DNA of 54,264 nucleotides from an uncultured Erysipelothrix sp. (GTDB lineage Bacteria; Bacillota_I; Bacilli_A; Erysipelotrichales; Erysipelotrichaceae): NCBI GenBank assembly GCA_964429205.1, contig CAYSBB010000001.1, positions 14,416 to 68,679 of the forward strand, read 5' to 3'. Shown piece by piece: positions 28,898 to 38,711 of this stretch (position 1 is its first letter; each line of letters starts with the position of its first letter). The notes under the pieces were generated by a model. It saw only the letters and a program-made list of their open reading frames with translations, ran no database searches and was not told where the DNA came from. The position numbers and the translations under genes were made by a program.

Positions 28898-29578
28898 TTA
28901 TAAGCCTCCAAATCTTCTGTTTCGTGTCTTGAAGTCTTCGATACATTCTAAGAATACATCGCGCGTGAAATCGGGCCACTGCATATCTAAAAACATCATT
29001 TCTGCATAAGCCATTTGCCATAAAAGATAATTTGAAAGGCGTTTATCGCCTCCTGTACGAATGAGTAAATCGACATCAGGCAAGCCTTTTGTATCAAGAT
29101 AATCTTCAAAGTCGACTTCTGTTATTTCAGCTTTTTCTACTTTGATGATTTTATTGATAGCACGCACGATTTCATCGCGTGATCCATAGTTTAAAGCAAA
29201 ATTGAGTGTTAAATTTGTATTGTTTTTTGTTTTTTCAACTGCATCTTCCATTACCCGGCGTGTTTTCTCTGGAATTTTAGACAAATCACCAATTGTTGTG
29301 ATACGGATGCCCTTTTCATTGAGTTCTTTTAAGAATTTCTTAAAGAAAACAGCTGGAAGTTTCATTAAGTAATCGATTTCTTCCTGTGGGCGTTTCCAGT
29401 TCTCTGTTGAGAATGCATAAAGGGTTAGTGTCGAAACACCAACCTCTAATGCACTTAAAGCGATCTCACGGACGTTTTCTGATCCATAGTAATGGCCAAA
29501 CGTTCTTTTTTTATTTTGTTTGGTTGCCCATCGACCATTGCCATCCATGATAATAGCAATATGATTTAATTCAGACAT
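28898..29578 (-). CDS. uppS: Undecaprenyl diphosphate synthase
   Basis: HIAIIMDGNGRWA, FSTENW.R, RLSNYLLWQ, RRFGG. Confidence 0.96.
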   Translation of the reverse strand: MSELNHIAIIMDGNGRWATKQNKKRTFGHYYGSENVREIALSALEVGVSTLTLYAFSTENWKRPQEEIDYLMKLPAVFFKKFLKELNEKGIRITTIGDLSKIPEKTRRVMEDAVEKTKNNTNLTLNFALNYGSRDEIVRAINKIIKVEKAEITEVDFEDYLDTKGLPDVDLLIRTGGDKRLSNYLLWQMAYAEMMFLDMQWPDFTRDVFLECIEDFKTRNRRFGGL

Positions 29579-29579
29579 A

Positions 29580-30125
29580 TTAGACCGTCATGATTTCGTC
29601 AGTTTTATTTTTGACGATTTCATCAATTTTCTTAATATATTCGTCTGTTAATTTTTGAATATCATCCATCATACGTTTTTCATCATCTTCACGTAGATCA
29701 TCACTTGCCTTCACTTCATCGTTAAGGTCACGACGTATGTTTCTGATTTGAATTTTTGATTCTTCACCATATTTGGTAGCATCTTTAACCACAGATTTAC
29801 GTGTTTCTTCTGTTAATTGTGGTACGTTGATACGTAATAATGTTCCATCATTGATGATTGGAAGATTTAGATGAGATTCATTTAAAGCACGCTCAACATC
29901 TTTAATCACACTTGGATCAAATAATTTAATCACAAGTTGTGTACCTTCTGAAACTGAAATTTGTCCCATTTGTTCTAAAGGTGTTGGAGAACCATAGTAA
30001 TCAACTTGAATGCCATATAAAACACCTGCATTGGCACGTCCTGAACGTAAAGTTCCCAAACGATTATTAAATGTTTCAATCTCTGCATCCATTAATGCAC
30101 GGCCATCTTGTAATAATGTATTCAT
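29580..30125 (-). CDS. frr: Ribosome recycling factor
   Basis: LRSGRA, VDYYG, PQLTEE.R, IRNIRRD. Confidence 0.96.
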   Translation of the reverse strand: MNTLLQDGRALMDAEIETFNNRLGTLRSGRANAGVLYGIQVDYYGSPTPLEQMGQISVSEGTQLVIKLFDPSVIKDVERALNESHLNLPIINDGTLLRINVPQLTEETRKSVVKDATKYGEESKIQIRNIRRDLNDEVKASDDLREDDEKRMMDDIQKLTDEYIKKIDEIVKNKTDEIMTV

Positions 30126-30134
30126 AATTTCCTC

Positions 30135-30842
30135 CTATATTGTGACTCGAGTTCCTTTTGAGTCACCCTTCACTGCCTTTATTATATTATCTTTTTCGTT
30201 CATATTAAAGACTATTAGCTCAATATTATTATCCATACACATAGAAGTTGCGGTAGAATCCATGACTTGAAGTTCTTCTTGTAGTACTTGCATGTATGTA
30301 AGTGAGTCATATTTAACAGCATTTGGATCGAGTTTAGGGTCTGCATTATAAATGCCATCTACCCCGTTTTTAGCCATTAGAATCACATCTGCATCAATTT
30401 CAGAAGCGCGAAGTGCTGCAGCTGTATCTGTTGAGAAGAATGCTGAACCAGTTCCTGCACCGAAAATCACGACGCGTCCTTTTTCTAAGTGACGTGTTGC
30501 ACGACGTGGAATAAAGGGTTCGGCTATTTTTTGCATTTCAATGGCAGTTTGAACACGTGTTTCCACACCAATATTTTCAAGTGATCCTTGAATTGCAAGT
30601 GCATTAATTACAGTACCAAGCATACCCATTGAGTCAACTTGTGCGCGATCAATACCGATTTCTTCGGCCATTTTACCACGGACAAAGTTTCCACCACCAA
30701 CAACAATGGCAACCTCTACACCAAGTTCAGTAATTTCTTTAATTTGTCTTGCTAAATCATTTAAAACTGTCTTATCAAAGATATCACTTTCGTTTGATAG
30801 GGCTTCGCCGCTTAGTTTTAACAGTACTCTTTTATACATCAT
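30135..30842 (-). CDS. pyrH: UMP kinase
   Basis: [31 protein letters not shown]. Confidence 0.97.
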   Translation of the reverse strand: MMYKRVLLKLSGEALSNESDIFDKTVLNDLARQIKEITELGVEVAIVVGGGNFVRGKMAEEIGIDRAQVDSMGMLGTVINALAIQGSLENIGVETRVQTAIEMQKIAEPFIPRRATRHLEKGRVVIFGAGTGSAFFSTDTAAALRASEIDADVILMAKNGVDGIYNADPKLDPNAVKYDSLTYMQVLQEELQVMDSTATSMCMDNNIELIVFNMNEKDNIIKAVKGDSKGTRVTI

Positions 30843-30856
30843 AGTCTCCTTCTTTT

Positions 30857-30880
30857 AAAAAAGGACACGAAAGTGTCCTT
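30857..30880 (-). terminator. Intrinsic terminator after tsf
   Basis: AAGGACAC-TTTC-GTGTCCTT followed by a T tract. Confidence 0.75.
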
Positions 30881-30886
30881 ATTTCA

Positions 30887-31777
30887 TTAAACTTGTGAAG
30901 CTTTTGCAACTTCCGCAGCGAAATCTTCTTCGCGTTTTTCGATTCCTTCACCGACTTCATAACGTACAAACTCAACAACTGTTGTTTTTGCATCTTTAAG
31001 TACTTGTGAAACTTTTGAACTACCATCTTTAAAGAAAATTTGGTCATTTAAAGAAACGTCTTGAAGTGTTTTACTTACACGTCCTTTAATAATACCTTGG
31101 ATTACTTTCTCTGGCTTTGATGAAAGTTCTGCATCGTTTTTAACGATCTCAACTTGAATTTCTGTTTCTTTGTTTACAATTTCTTCAGGAACATCTTTGA
31201 TTGATACGTAGCTTGGGTTCATGGATGCAACTTGCATTGCCATGTCTTTTGCTAGGTCTTCGTTGTCGCCATCTAAGACTACAACTGCTGAAATTGTTCC
31301 ACCATTGTGTTTGTATGAACCAAATACTTGGTTGTCTTCTTTGTTTAGAACTGCAAAACGACGGAATGTGATTTTTTCACCAATGGTTGCTGTTGCGTTA
31401 ACAACTAAATCATTGATTGTGTCTTCACCCACACTTAATGCAAGTGCGTCTTCGTTTGTTTCTGGGTTATTTGCTAAAATTGTTTGACCAATTTTATCAA
31501 TTAAGTTTAAGAATTGTTCGTTTTTTGCAACAAAGTCAGTTTCTGAGTTTAACTCAATGATTACAGCTTTATTTCCATCAATGAAAATATTTGATAGACC
31601 TTCTGCAGCAATACGCCCTGCTTTCTTTTGTGCACTCGCAATTCCTTTTTCACGTAGCCAAGTAACGGCTTCTTTAACGTTTCCTTCTGTTGCTTCTAAT
31701 GCTTTTTTACAGTCAAGCATTCCTGCTCCTGTAAGATCACGTAATTCTTTAACAAGTTTTGCTGAAATAACAGCCAT
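30887..31777 (-). CDS. tsf: Elongation factor Ts
   Basis: VKELR..TGAGM.DCKKAL, ETDFVA; true start MAVISA directly after the rpsB stop. Confidence 0.96.
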   Translation of the reverse strand: MAVISAKLVKELRDLTGAGMLDCKKALEATEGNVKEAVTWLREKGIASAQKKAGRIAAEGLSNIFIDGNKAVIIELNSETDFVAKNEQFLNLIDKIGQTILANNPETNEDALALSVGEDTINDLVVNATATIGEKITFRRFAVLNKEDNQVFGSYKHNGGTISAVVVLDGDNEDLAKDMAMQVASMNPSYVSIKDVPEEIVNKETEIQVEIVKNDAELSSKPEKVIQGIIKGRVSKTLQDVSLNDQIFFKDGSSKVSQVLKDAKTTVVEFVRYEVGEGIEKREEDFAAEVAKASQV

Positions 31778-31778
31778 A

Positions 31779-32684
31779 TTATGCCTCACCTTTCTCTTCA
31801 GTATTTCCTTCTTTAGCTTTGGATTCTTCTTGTCTTGGTGTGAAACGACGTTGACGACGACGGTCATCACGACGACGACGTTCTTCATTACGTTGACGAC
31901 GACGACGTTCGTTTTCTGCCGCTTGTCTTTCTACGTTAACAATAACATCATCCATTGTAATGTCTTCTTCCTCTTTATCTTGGTAAGCAACTGCCATGAC
32001 ACCACCTGTTGGTTCAATCATTGCATCTGCTAAGAGTGCTGTGACTAAACGAATTGAGCGTACTGCATCATCGTTACCTGGGATTGGGAAGTCAACTACA
32101 TCTGGGTCAGCGTTTGTATCAACGATACCAAATACAGGGATTCCTAATTTTTTAGCTTCTGCTACAGCGTTGTAATCTTCGATTGGGTCGATTACGAAAA
32201 CTGCATCAGGAAGTTTTCTCATTTCTTTGATTCCACCTAAGAAGTTTTGTAGACGGTCTTTTTCTTTAATTAATAAAGCAACCTCTTTCTTAGGATAAAT
32301 GTTGATTGCGCCTGAGTTTTCCATTTCTTCAATTTCAACTAAACGACGAATACTCTTTTGGATTGTTCTGAAGTTTGTTAATGTTCCACCTAACCAACGT
32401 TGGTTCATGAAGAATGATCCACTTCTAAGTGCTTCTTCTACAACGATTGTTTGGGCTTGTTTCTTTGTACCAACAATCAAGAGTTTACCGTTTTTCTCGG
32501 CGATATCGCGAAGTGCTGTATAAGCTTCCGCTAACATTTCTTGTGTTTTATTTAAATCAATAATATAAACACGGTTTTTTGCACCATAAATATATGGTTT
32601 CATTTTTGGGTTCCAACGACGTGTTTGGTGTCCGTAGTGAACCGCTCCTTCTAGTAATTGTCTTACTGTAACTATTTGTGACAT
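31779..32684 (-). CDS. rpsB: 30S ribosomal protein S2 with a charged C-terminal extension
   Basis: HYGHQT.RWNPKM, RWLGG.LTN, DTN.DP, PGNDDA. Confidence 0.97.
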   Translation of the reverse strand: MSQIVTVRQLLEGAVHYGHQTRRWNPKMKPYIYGAKNRVYIIDLNKTQEMLAEAYTALRDIAEKNGKLLIVGTKKQAQTIVVEEALRSGSFFMNQRWLGGTLTNFRTIQKSIRRLVEIEEMENSGAINIYPKKEVALLIKEKDRLQNFLGGIKEMRKLPDAVFVIDPIEDYNAVAEAKKLGIPVFGIVDTNADPDVVDFPIPGNDDAVRSIRLVTALLADAMIEPTGGVMAVAYQDKEEEDITMDDVIVNVERQAAENERRRRQRNEERRRRDDRRRQRRFTPRQEESKAKEGNTEEKGEA

Positions 32685-32699
32685 AAAGTCCTACCTTTC

Positions 32700-32786
32700 C
32701 GTTTTTCCGCCACTGCTTCGATTAATAACAACTATAAAATAGCACGGGTTATCAAATTCACAGTGTGAGAATGGGCTTTTTTAGCC
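32700..32786 (-). promoter_or_regulatory. rpsB (S2) autoregulatory leader RNA
   Basis: Nested stems CACTGT/GCAGTG and TTGATAAC/GTTATTAA with CACAC, GTGC and GCGGA motifs; upstream TTGTAC-17-TACAAT promoter. Confidence 0.6.
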
Positions 32787-32858
32787 TCAAACATTGTACC
32801 ACAACTCACGCTAAAGTACAAGTAACTGCTCTTTGACATGAAAATCACGCCGCAAAGC

Positions 32859-34097
32859 TTAAATAATATCTAAAATCATCTTATAAGCATGAGAAACACT
32901 CAGTGATCGTATCCTTTTGCGATCATTATCATAATTTCTTGAAAGCATGAATCTTTCAACCTTCATGTCTGTATTTGTCTTCACGCAAATGTAAACTGTG
33001 CCTACCGGCTTCTCTTCTGTACCGCCTCCAGGTCCTGCAATGCCTGAAATTGAAACCACCACATCAGCATTTGATAACTCGAGAAGATTTTCAGCCATTG
33101 AGACCACGGTCTCTTCAGATACTGCACCATGTTTCTCAAGAACATCTTCAGGCACATTTAAAAGTTTCATCTTAACATCATTACTGTATGTCACAAGTCC
33201 CATCTCAAATACTGAACTGCTGCCAGGGATGTCTGTTAAACGTTTTGAAAGATACCCCCCAGTACAACTTTCTGCACTGGCTAACTTCATATTTTTCTCT
33301 TGAAGTGTTTTAACCAGTGTTTCTTCAAGACTTGGTATATCAACACTATAGACATATTCTTTAAATGTATCTTGCACCAGTTTTAAGACTGGTTTTATCA
33401 GTTCGTTGGCCTTATCTTCATTTTCAGCACTGGCTGTAATCCTTAAATATATGCCATCACTGCCTGAATAGGGGGCAATTGTTGGGTTTGTATATTCAAC
33501 CATTTCTTCATTGAGAATCTCTTCAACCAGTGATTCACCAATACCAAATAAGTACACGCGATGCGATACAATTGTGAGTCCTGTTTTCTTATGGAAGTAT
33601 GGAATGATCCATGTTTCAAACATGTGCTTCATTTCGTGTGGGGGTCCAGGTAATAAGACCACAACTTTATCATGATGTTCTATAAGTATGCCAGGTGCTG
33701 TACCACGATAGTTTGTGAGTACTTTAGCCCCTTTTGGAATGAATGCTTGTTTTTTATTATTTTCAGTGAGTTGTCTTTGAGATTGATTAAAGATATCGAC
33801 AATTCTTTGATAGCTTTCTTCATCATAGACCATGTCTAAATTAAGTAATTTTGCGACCACTTCTTTTGTTTTATCATCATAAGTTGGTCCTAAGCCCCCT
33901 GATAAAATGATGACATCTGAGCGTTTGAGCGCATTTTCAATGGTTTGAGATAAACGCGTTTCATTATCACCTACGGATGTATGGTAATAACAATTAATGC
34001 CCAGTTCGGCCAATCTTTTTGAAATGTATTCTGAATTGGTATCAACAATATCACCAATTAAAATTTCTGTTCCTACACTAATTATTTCTGATTTCAT
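32859..34097 (-). CDS. cinA: Competence/damage-inducible CinA (NMN deamidase domain)
   Basis: GTEIL.G...DTN, GGLGPT.DD, AESCTGG, SGIAGP.G. Confidence 0.95.
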   Translation of the reverse strand: MKSEIISVGTEILIGDIVDTNSEYISKRLAELGINCYYHTSVGDNETRLSQTIENALKRSDVIILSGGLGPTYDDKTKEVVAKLLNLDMVYDEESYQRIVDIFNQSQRQLTENNKKQAFIPKGAKVLTNYRGTAPGILIEHHDKVVVLLPGPPHEMKHMFETWIIPYFHKKTGLTIVSHRVYLFGIGESLVEEILNEEMVEYTNPTIAPYSGSDGIYLRITASAENEDKANELIKPVLKLVQDTFKEYVYSVDIPSLEETLVKTLQEKNMKLASAESCTGGYLSKRLTDIPGSSSVFEMGLVTYSNDVKMKLLNVPEDVLEKHGAVSEETVVSMAENLLELSNADVVVSISGIAGPGGGTEEKPVGTVYICVKTNTDMKVERFMLSRNYDNDRKRIRSLSVSHAYKMILDII

Positions 34098-34178
34098 AAA
34101 CGCCTCCGTGCTTTAATAGTATCATACAACACAGTTTTTGGCTTTGTGATATAATATTTTTTGTAAAGGGGAGATTCA

Positions 34179-35189
34179 ATGAAATTGTTAGAAAAAGCAA
34201 GTATTAAAAATTTAGAACTTAAAAACCGTTATATAATGGCACCGATGTGCATGTATGCAGCACATAAAAAAGATGGCATCCCTCATGCCTTTCACTTTTC
34301 ACACTATGTGAGTCGTGCCATTGGACAAGTTGGCTTAATTATTGTCGAAGCAACAGGCATTGTCCCAGAAGGTCGTATTACAAACCAGTGTTTGGGTCTT
34401 TGGAATGATGACCAAAAAGATGCATTTTCAAAGATTGTTGATGCAGTCCATGAACAAGGCTCTAAAATTGCGCTTCAACTCAATCATGCAGGGCGTAAAT
34501 GTCGTACAGAAGATCCGGTTATCTATGCACCAAGTGCGATTGCTTATAATGAAAAATATCGCACACCCAAAGAAATGTCCCAACAAGACATCAAACAAAT
34601 GATTAAAGACTTTGCGACTGCCGCAAAAAGAGCCGATGAAGCAGGCTTTGATGCCATTGAAATTCATATGGCCCATGGTTATCTTTTATCAAGCTTTATG
34701 AGTCCTTATACCAATAAGCGTATCGATAAATATCGTGATGCAACGGTATTGTTTGAAGAACTGATGGAATCGATTCACTCAGTATGGCCAAAAGAAAAAC
34801 CAATCTTCGTGCGCGTGAGTGCGACAGACTATGAAGAAAATGGTTTAGATGTAAAAGGTGTCGCTAAGATATTAGATCCAATCTTGGATACATTTGATGT
34901 GATCCATGTTTCAAGTGGTGGGATTACACCCATCGTGCCTCATGCATATCCTTCCTATCAAGTACCTTTTGCACAAGAGCTCAAAACACGCACAAAAAAA
35001 CCTGTCATTGCGGTGGGTTTAATCAACACAACAGATCAGGCGATTGATATCATTGAAAATGATCGTGCAGATTTTGTGGCACTGGGTCGTGCTTTAATCA
35101 GAAACCCACACTTTGTATTAGAAAGCTATATGCAAACAAGACAAAAAGATAAAATCCCCTTTTCATACCAAAGAGGATTCAGAGATTAA
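34179..35189 (+). CDS. namA: NADPH dehydrogenase / old yellow enzyme (NamA/YqjM type)
   Basis: MAPMCMY, QL.HAGRK, EIHMAHGYLL..F.SP..N.R.D.Y. Confidence 0.85.
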   Translation: MKLLEKASIKNLELKNRYIMAPMCMYAAHKKDGIPHAFHFSHYVSRAIGQVGLIIVEATGIVPEGRITNQCLGLWNDDQKDAFSKIVDAVHEQGSKIALQLNHAGRKCRTEDPVIYAPSAIAYNEKYRTPKEMSQQDIKQMIKDFATAAKRADEAGFDAIEIHMAHGYLLSSFMSPYTNKRIDKYRDATVLFEELMESIHSVWPKEKPIFVRVSATDYEENGLDVKGVAKILDPILDTFDVIHVSSGGITPIVPHAYPSYQVPFAQELKTRTKKPVIAVGLINTTDQAIDIIENDRADFVALGRALIRNPHFVLESYMQTRQKDKIPFSYQRGFRD

Positions 35190-35190
35190 G

Positions 35191-35215
35191 AAAAGCAGCT
35201 AAAGGCTGCTTTTTT
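35191..35215. terminator. Bidirectional terminator between namA and ftsZ
   Basis: AAAAGCAGC-loop-GCTGCTTTT. Confidence 0.8.
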
Positions 35216-35218
35216 AAT

Positions 35219-36280
35219 TTATCGTTTTCTAAAGAAATCAGGAATACCACTTTGATCTTTGGGTTCTTCTTCAACTGCTTCTTTTTTTGGTGATTGAGGT
35301 TTGTATTCAAATTTTTGTTTTGGTTCGTAAGTTTCTACTTCTTCACCTTTATCAAATCCTGTCGCAATCACTGTCACAATAATGGCATCGCCAATACTTT
35401 CATTGATCGCAACCCCAAATATAATTTCCATATCACTACCTGCTGCATCACGGATATACTCAACCGCATTGTTTGCATCTTGAATAGACATGGTTTCACC
35501 ACCTGTAACATTAATGATCGCGCGTTGTGCACCATCAATTTGTGCTTCAAGTAAGGGTGAAGTAATGGCTGCTTCTGCAGCGTTGACAGCTTTGTCTTCA
35601 CCTTCTGCCATACCAATACCAATTAAAGCGGTACCTTGGTTCTTCATGACAGAGCGCACATCCGCAAAGTCTAAGTTAATGAGTGCAGGTACTGCAATTA
35701 AATCAGTAATGGTTTGAACCCCTTGTCTTAAGACATTGTCGGCTTCAAGAAATGCATCTTGAAATGGAATGTTTCCAATCACTTCTAACAGTTGATTGTT
35801 GCTGATGATGATGAGTGAGTCTACATGTTTTTTAAGTTCTTCTAAACCTGAGTGCGCTTTTTTAGAACGGCTGGGTCCTTCAAATAGGAATGGTTTGGTT
35901 ACAATCCCTACAACCAGTGCACCTTCTTCTTGCGCAATTTTCGCAAAGAGTGGTGCAGCACCAGTTCCGGTACCACCACCAAGTCCTGCAGTCACAAAGA
36001 CCATATCTGTATCTTTTACGATTTCACGGATTTCATCTTCACTTTCTTCAGCTGCTTTACGGCCAATTTCCGGAATAGATCCAGCACCCAGTCCCCCTGT
36101 AATTTCAGGTCCCAGTGTAATTTTATTTTCAACTGGAGATGAGTCTAAAGCTTGAATATCTGTGTTTGCTACAAAGAACTCCACACCATTCATCCCTTCA
36201 TGTACCATGCGGTTTACAGCATTACAGCCTGCGCCCCCTACTCCAACTACTTTTATTGTTGCAACGTTTCTTCTTATCAT
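35219..36280 (-). CDS. ftsZ: Cell division protein FtsZ
   Basis: GGGTGTG tubulin signature, INLDFAD, C-terminal IPDFFRKR. Confidence 0.97.
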   Translation of the reverse strand: MIRRNVATIKVVGVGGAGCNAVNRMVHEGMNGVEFFVANTDIQALDSSPVENKITLGPEITGGLGAGSIPEIGRKAAEESEDEIREIVKDTDMVFVTAGLGGGTGTGAAPLFAKIAQEEGALVVGIVTKPFLFEGPSRSKKAHSGLEELKKHVDSLIIISNNQLLEVIGNIPFQDAFLEADNVLRQGVQTITDLIAVPALINLDFADVRSVMKNQGTALIGIGMAEGEDKAVNAAEAAITSPLLEAQIDGAQRAIINVTGGETMSIQDANNAVEYIRDAAGSDMEIIFGVAINESIGDAIIVTVIATGFDKGEEVETYEPKQKFEYKPQSPKKEAVEEEPKDQSGIPDFFRKR

Positions 36281-36296
36281 ATTAATGTCCCTCCAC

Positions 36297-37547
36297 TTAT
36301 TCTACGAATAGATCTTTTAATTTTTTTGTGAAATTTGCGGTTGATGATTTACTTTGTTCAGCATTTTCAATTTCTCTGTAAATCATTTTTGCATAAAATT
36401 CTTTTTCATCGATACTGCCCTTCGTACCTTCTCTATAATACTCTAAATCTTTATAGTAATAAAGAGCACCCACTAAAGAAGTAAAACAAGGATTTTTTAT
36501 CCCAAATGTATTGGGACGATACAGTGTAACACTTTTACCAGAAATGTTTTCTAATACATCTTTTAATCCGGCTGTTAAACTGGCTTCACCACTTAAAACA
36601 AACTGCGCATCCCCATATTCAAAGATGGGTAAGGCTGTTTCATATAAATTGTTGAGGATCTTCATAATATCAACCCCAACATAGTCATAAACATCATATT
36701 TACTTAATGTATGGTCTTTAGATTTGGTTGACCACGCAAAGATTGGATCTTTAGATGGTGCCACTTCATTCACGTCTAAGTTATAATAAATTAAGCGTTC
36801 TATAATATCATCATCAAAACCATATAAATGATGCATCTTATCAAAGACAAGTTTAAAGTTTGCATCTGTATAAACATTTGATAGCAGTTGTCCTTTATTA
36901 AAGAGCGTCATTTTTGAAACATTACGTTCCAAATCTACCGCAATAATTGGACGGTCAATGGATTTCTCTAGAAGTGATGCTTCTTTTGCATAAGCAATAT
37001 CATCAATCACAACATCGATAATTTCAAGTCCTGTACTTTCAACGATTTTAACATAATCAAAGACAATATCCTTATTACAATAATAAAGGCTGGCTTCAAC
37101 ACTCATCGTATGACATTTCTCATCCAGTGGAATCTTGCGTGATGCAATCCCATTTATATGGAATCGATTTACAAGTACATTGACCAGAATGTCTTCACCC
37201 AACACTTGTTGGTTTAAAAACATGCCATAAACTCTATTTAAATCTTCTTGTTTCACACTTTGGTGAATCATGATTGTTTGTAAATCTTGTTTCACTTGTA
37301 GATCAACACCTGGAAGCAACATTAAAACGGAAGTGATTTGACTTCCGATATTTTTCGATGCATTCGCAATACTTTTCAGTATGGCTTCTCTGATACTACT
37401 AGAATTCTTTATTTTAAAATTTTCGATACCTTTATGTGCAACCCGTTCTACCTTTAAGATGTTTAATCTTCCATTATCGAACTGGCCAACGATTAACCGA
37501 ACTTCGTGATCAGCAAGTTCTAAGGCTGCAATGATTTTCTTTTCCAA
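36297..37547 (-). CDS. ftsA: Cell division protein FtsA (divergent)
   Basis: Directly upstream of ftsZ; size and layout fit FtsA; C-terminal amphipathic helix FTKKLKDLF; ATP motifs degenerate. Confidence 0.8.
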   Translation of the reverse strand: MEKKIIAALELADHEVRLIVGQFDNGRLNILKVERVAHKGIENFKIKNSSSIREAILKSIANASKNIGSQITSVLMLLPGVDLQVKQDLQTIMIHQSVKQEDLNRVYGMFLNQQVLGEDILVNVLVNRFHINGIASRKIPLDEKCHTMSVEASLYYCNKDIVFDYVKIVESTGLEIIDVVIDDIAYAKEASLLEKSIDRPIIAVDLERNVSKMTLFNKGQLLSNVYTDANFKLVFDKMHHLYGFDDDIIERLIYYNLDVNEVAPSKDPIFAWSTKSKDHTLSKYDVYDYVGVDIMKILNNLYETALPIFEYGDAQFVLSGEASLTAGLKDVLENISGKSVTLYRPNTFGIKNPCFTSLVGALYYYKDLEYYREGTKGSIDEKEFYAKMIYREIENAEQSKSSTANFTKKLKDLFVE

Positions 37548-37701
37548 ATCGTGACCTCCTAGTTATAATCTTAATTTTATCATAAGTGGGTTTTAATATA
37601 AAGGTAAACCCAGAATATTATCATTAAAATCTCATCCAGTTTCACAATAACTCCAATTCATCCGCTCTTTTGAGTTTTTCGCGCTATTTTAAATCTTGCT
37701 A

Positions 37702-37730
37702 TTGCACAAGGTGGTTCTCTGTGTTATACT
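37702..37730 (+). promoter_or_regulatory. sigma-A promoter of rpmB
   Basis: TTGCAC-17-TATACT with TG extension. Confidence 0.65.
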
Positions 37731-37764
37731 AATTTAGCAATTCAGGACGAAAGGGGGTTACGGT

Positions 37765-37956
37765 ATGCCTAGAAAATGCTCCGTATCCGGTAAAACAGGT
37801 ATGACTGGAAACAAGCGATCACATTCACTTAAAGCGACACGTCGCAATTGGAATGTAAACTTACAAAAAGCGACAATTATGGTGGATGGAAAACCAAAAC
37901 GTGTCCGTATTTCCGCTCGTGCCTTAAAATCATTAAAAGCTCAAGCAGCACGCTAA
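37765..37956 (+). CDS. rpmB: 50S ribosomal protein L28
   Basis: GK..M.GN.RSH....T.R.W..NLQ...SARALK. Confidence 0.96.
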   Translation: MPRKCSVSGKTGMTGNKRSHSLKATRRNWNVNLQKATIMVDGKPKRVRISARALKSLKAQAAR

Positions 37957-37964
37957 AGCTTTAT

Positions 37965-37986
37965 AAACGGGGTTCCCGTTTTTTTT
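37965..37986 (+). terminator. rpmB terminator
   Basis: AAACGGG-GTT-CCCGTTT followed by a T tract. Confidence 0.75.
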
Positions 37987-38031
37987 ATACCTAAATCTTC
38001 TCTTTATGGGAGGATTTTTATTTTGCGTAAG

Positions 38032-38065
38032 AAAAAAGCGAAGCTTCTTTTGAAGTTTCGCTTTT
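38032..38065 (-). terminator. rpe operon terminator
   Basis: AAAGCGAAACTTC-AAAA-GAAGCTTCGC followed by T6 on the minus strand. Confidence 0.75.
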
Positions 38066-38711
38066 ATTGTAGTGAAGCCACTCTTTTTTCGATATCGCCA
38101 CCAAAGACATACGATCCAGCAACCAAGACATCAGCCCCTTTATCGCGGCATGCCTTCCCTGTTTCTTCATTAATCCCACCATCAACTGAAATGAGATAAC
38201 CATAGTGGTTTAATTTTCTTAATTCATCAAACTTTTCAATACGTTCTAACATTGAAGGAATAAATTTTTGACCCCCAAAGCCTGGTTCTACACTCATCAC
38301 TAGAACTAGGTCGACAAACTTTAAATATGGAATGGCCAAATCAATGGGTGTACTGGGTCGAAGGGAGATCCCTGCTTTTAAACCCATCTCATGAAGCGCT
38401 TCAATAGCCTTGATGCCATGTTCCACTTCTTCAAAGGTTTCAATATGAACGGTAATCGCATCAGCGCCTGCATCTTTAAAAGCCTCAAAGTATTTCTTAG
38501 GGTTCACAATCATTAAGTGAACATCCATAAACGTATCGGTAATGTCTGTGATTTGTTTGAGAATGCCAGGTCCAAAGCTGATGTTATCAACAAAGACCCC
38601 ATCCATCACATCATAATGGAACCATTTCGCACCGGTTTCAGCGCGTTTAATTTGTAGGTTCATTTGTTTAAAATCAAGCGATAACAATGATGGTGCAACA
38701 ATTTTAGTCAT
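38064..38711 (-). CDS. rpe: Ribulose-phosphate 3-epimerase
   Basis: APSLLS, H.DVMDG.FV.N, DVHLM, MSVEPGFGGQ, VDGG. Confidence 0.96.
   Translation of the reverse strand: MTKIVAPSLLSLDFKQMNLQIKRAETGAKWFHYDVMDGVFVDNISFGPGILKQITDITDTFMDVHLMIVNPKKYFEAFKDAGADAITVHIETFEEVEHGIKAIEALHEMGLKAGISLRPSTPIDLAIPYLKFVDLVLVMSVEPGFGGQKFIPSMLERIEKFDELRKLNHYGYLISVDGGINEETGKACRDKGADVLVAGSYVFGGDIEKRVASLQ

Noticed and set aside
31778-31888. Val-rich N-terminal extension of EF-Ts in the ORF track
   Set aside because: It is an alternative-frame reading of the rpsB Arg codons; the true start is at 31777
31845-31910. ACG/CGT trinucleotide runs as a possible VNTR or repeat array
   Set aside because: They are Arg codons in the rpsB tail, with no repeat-spacer structure
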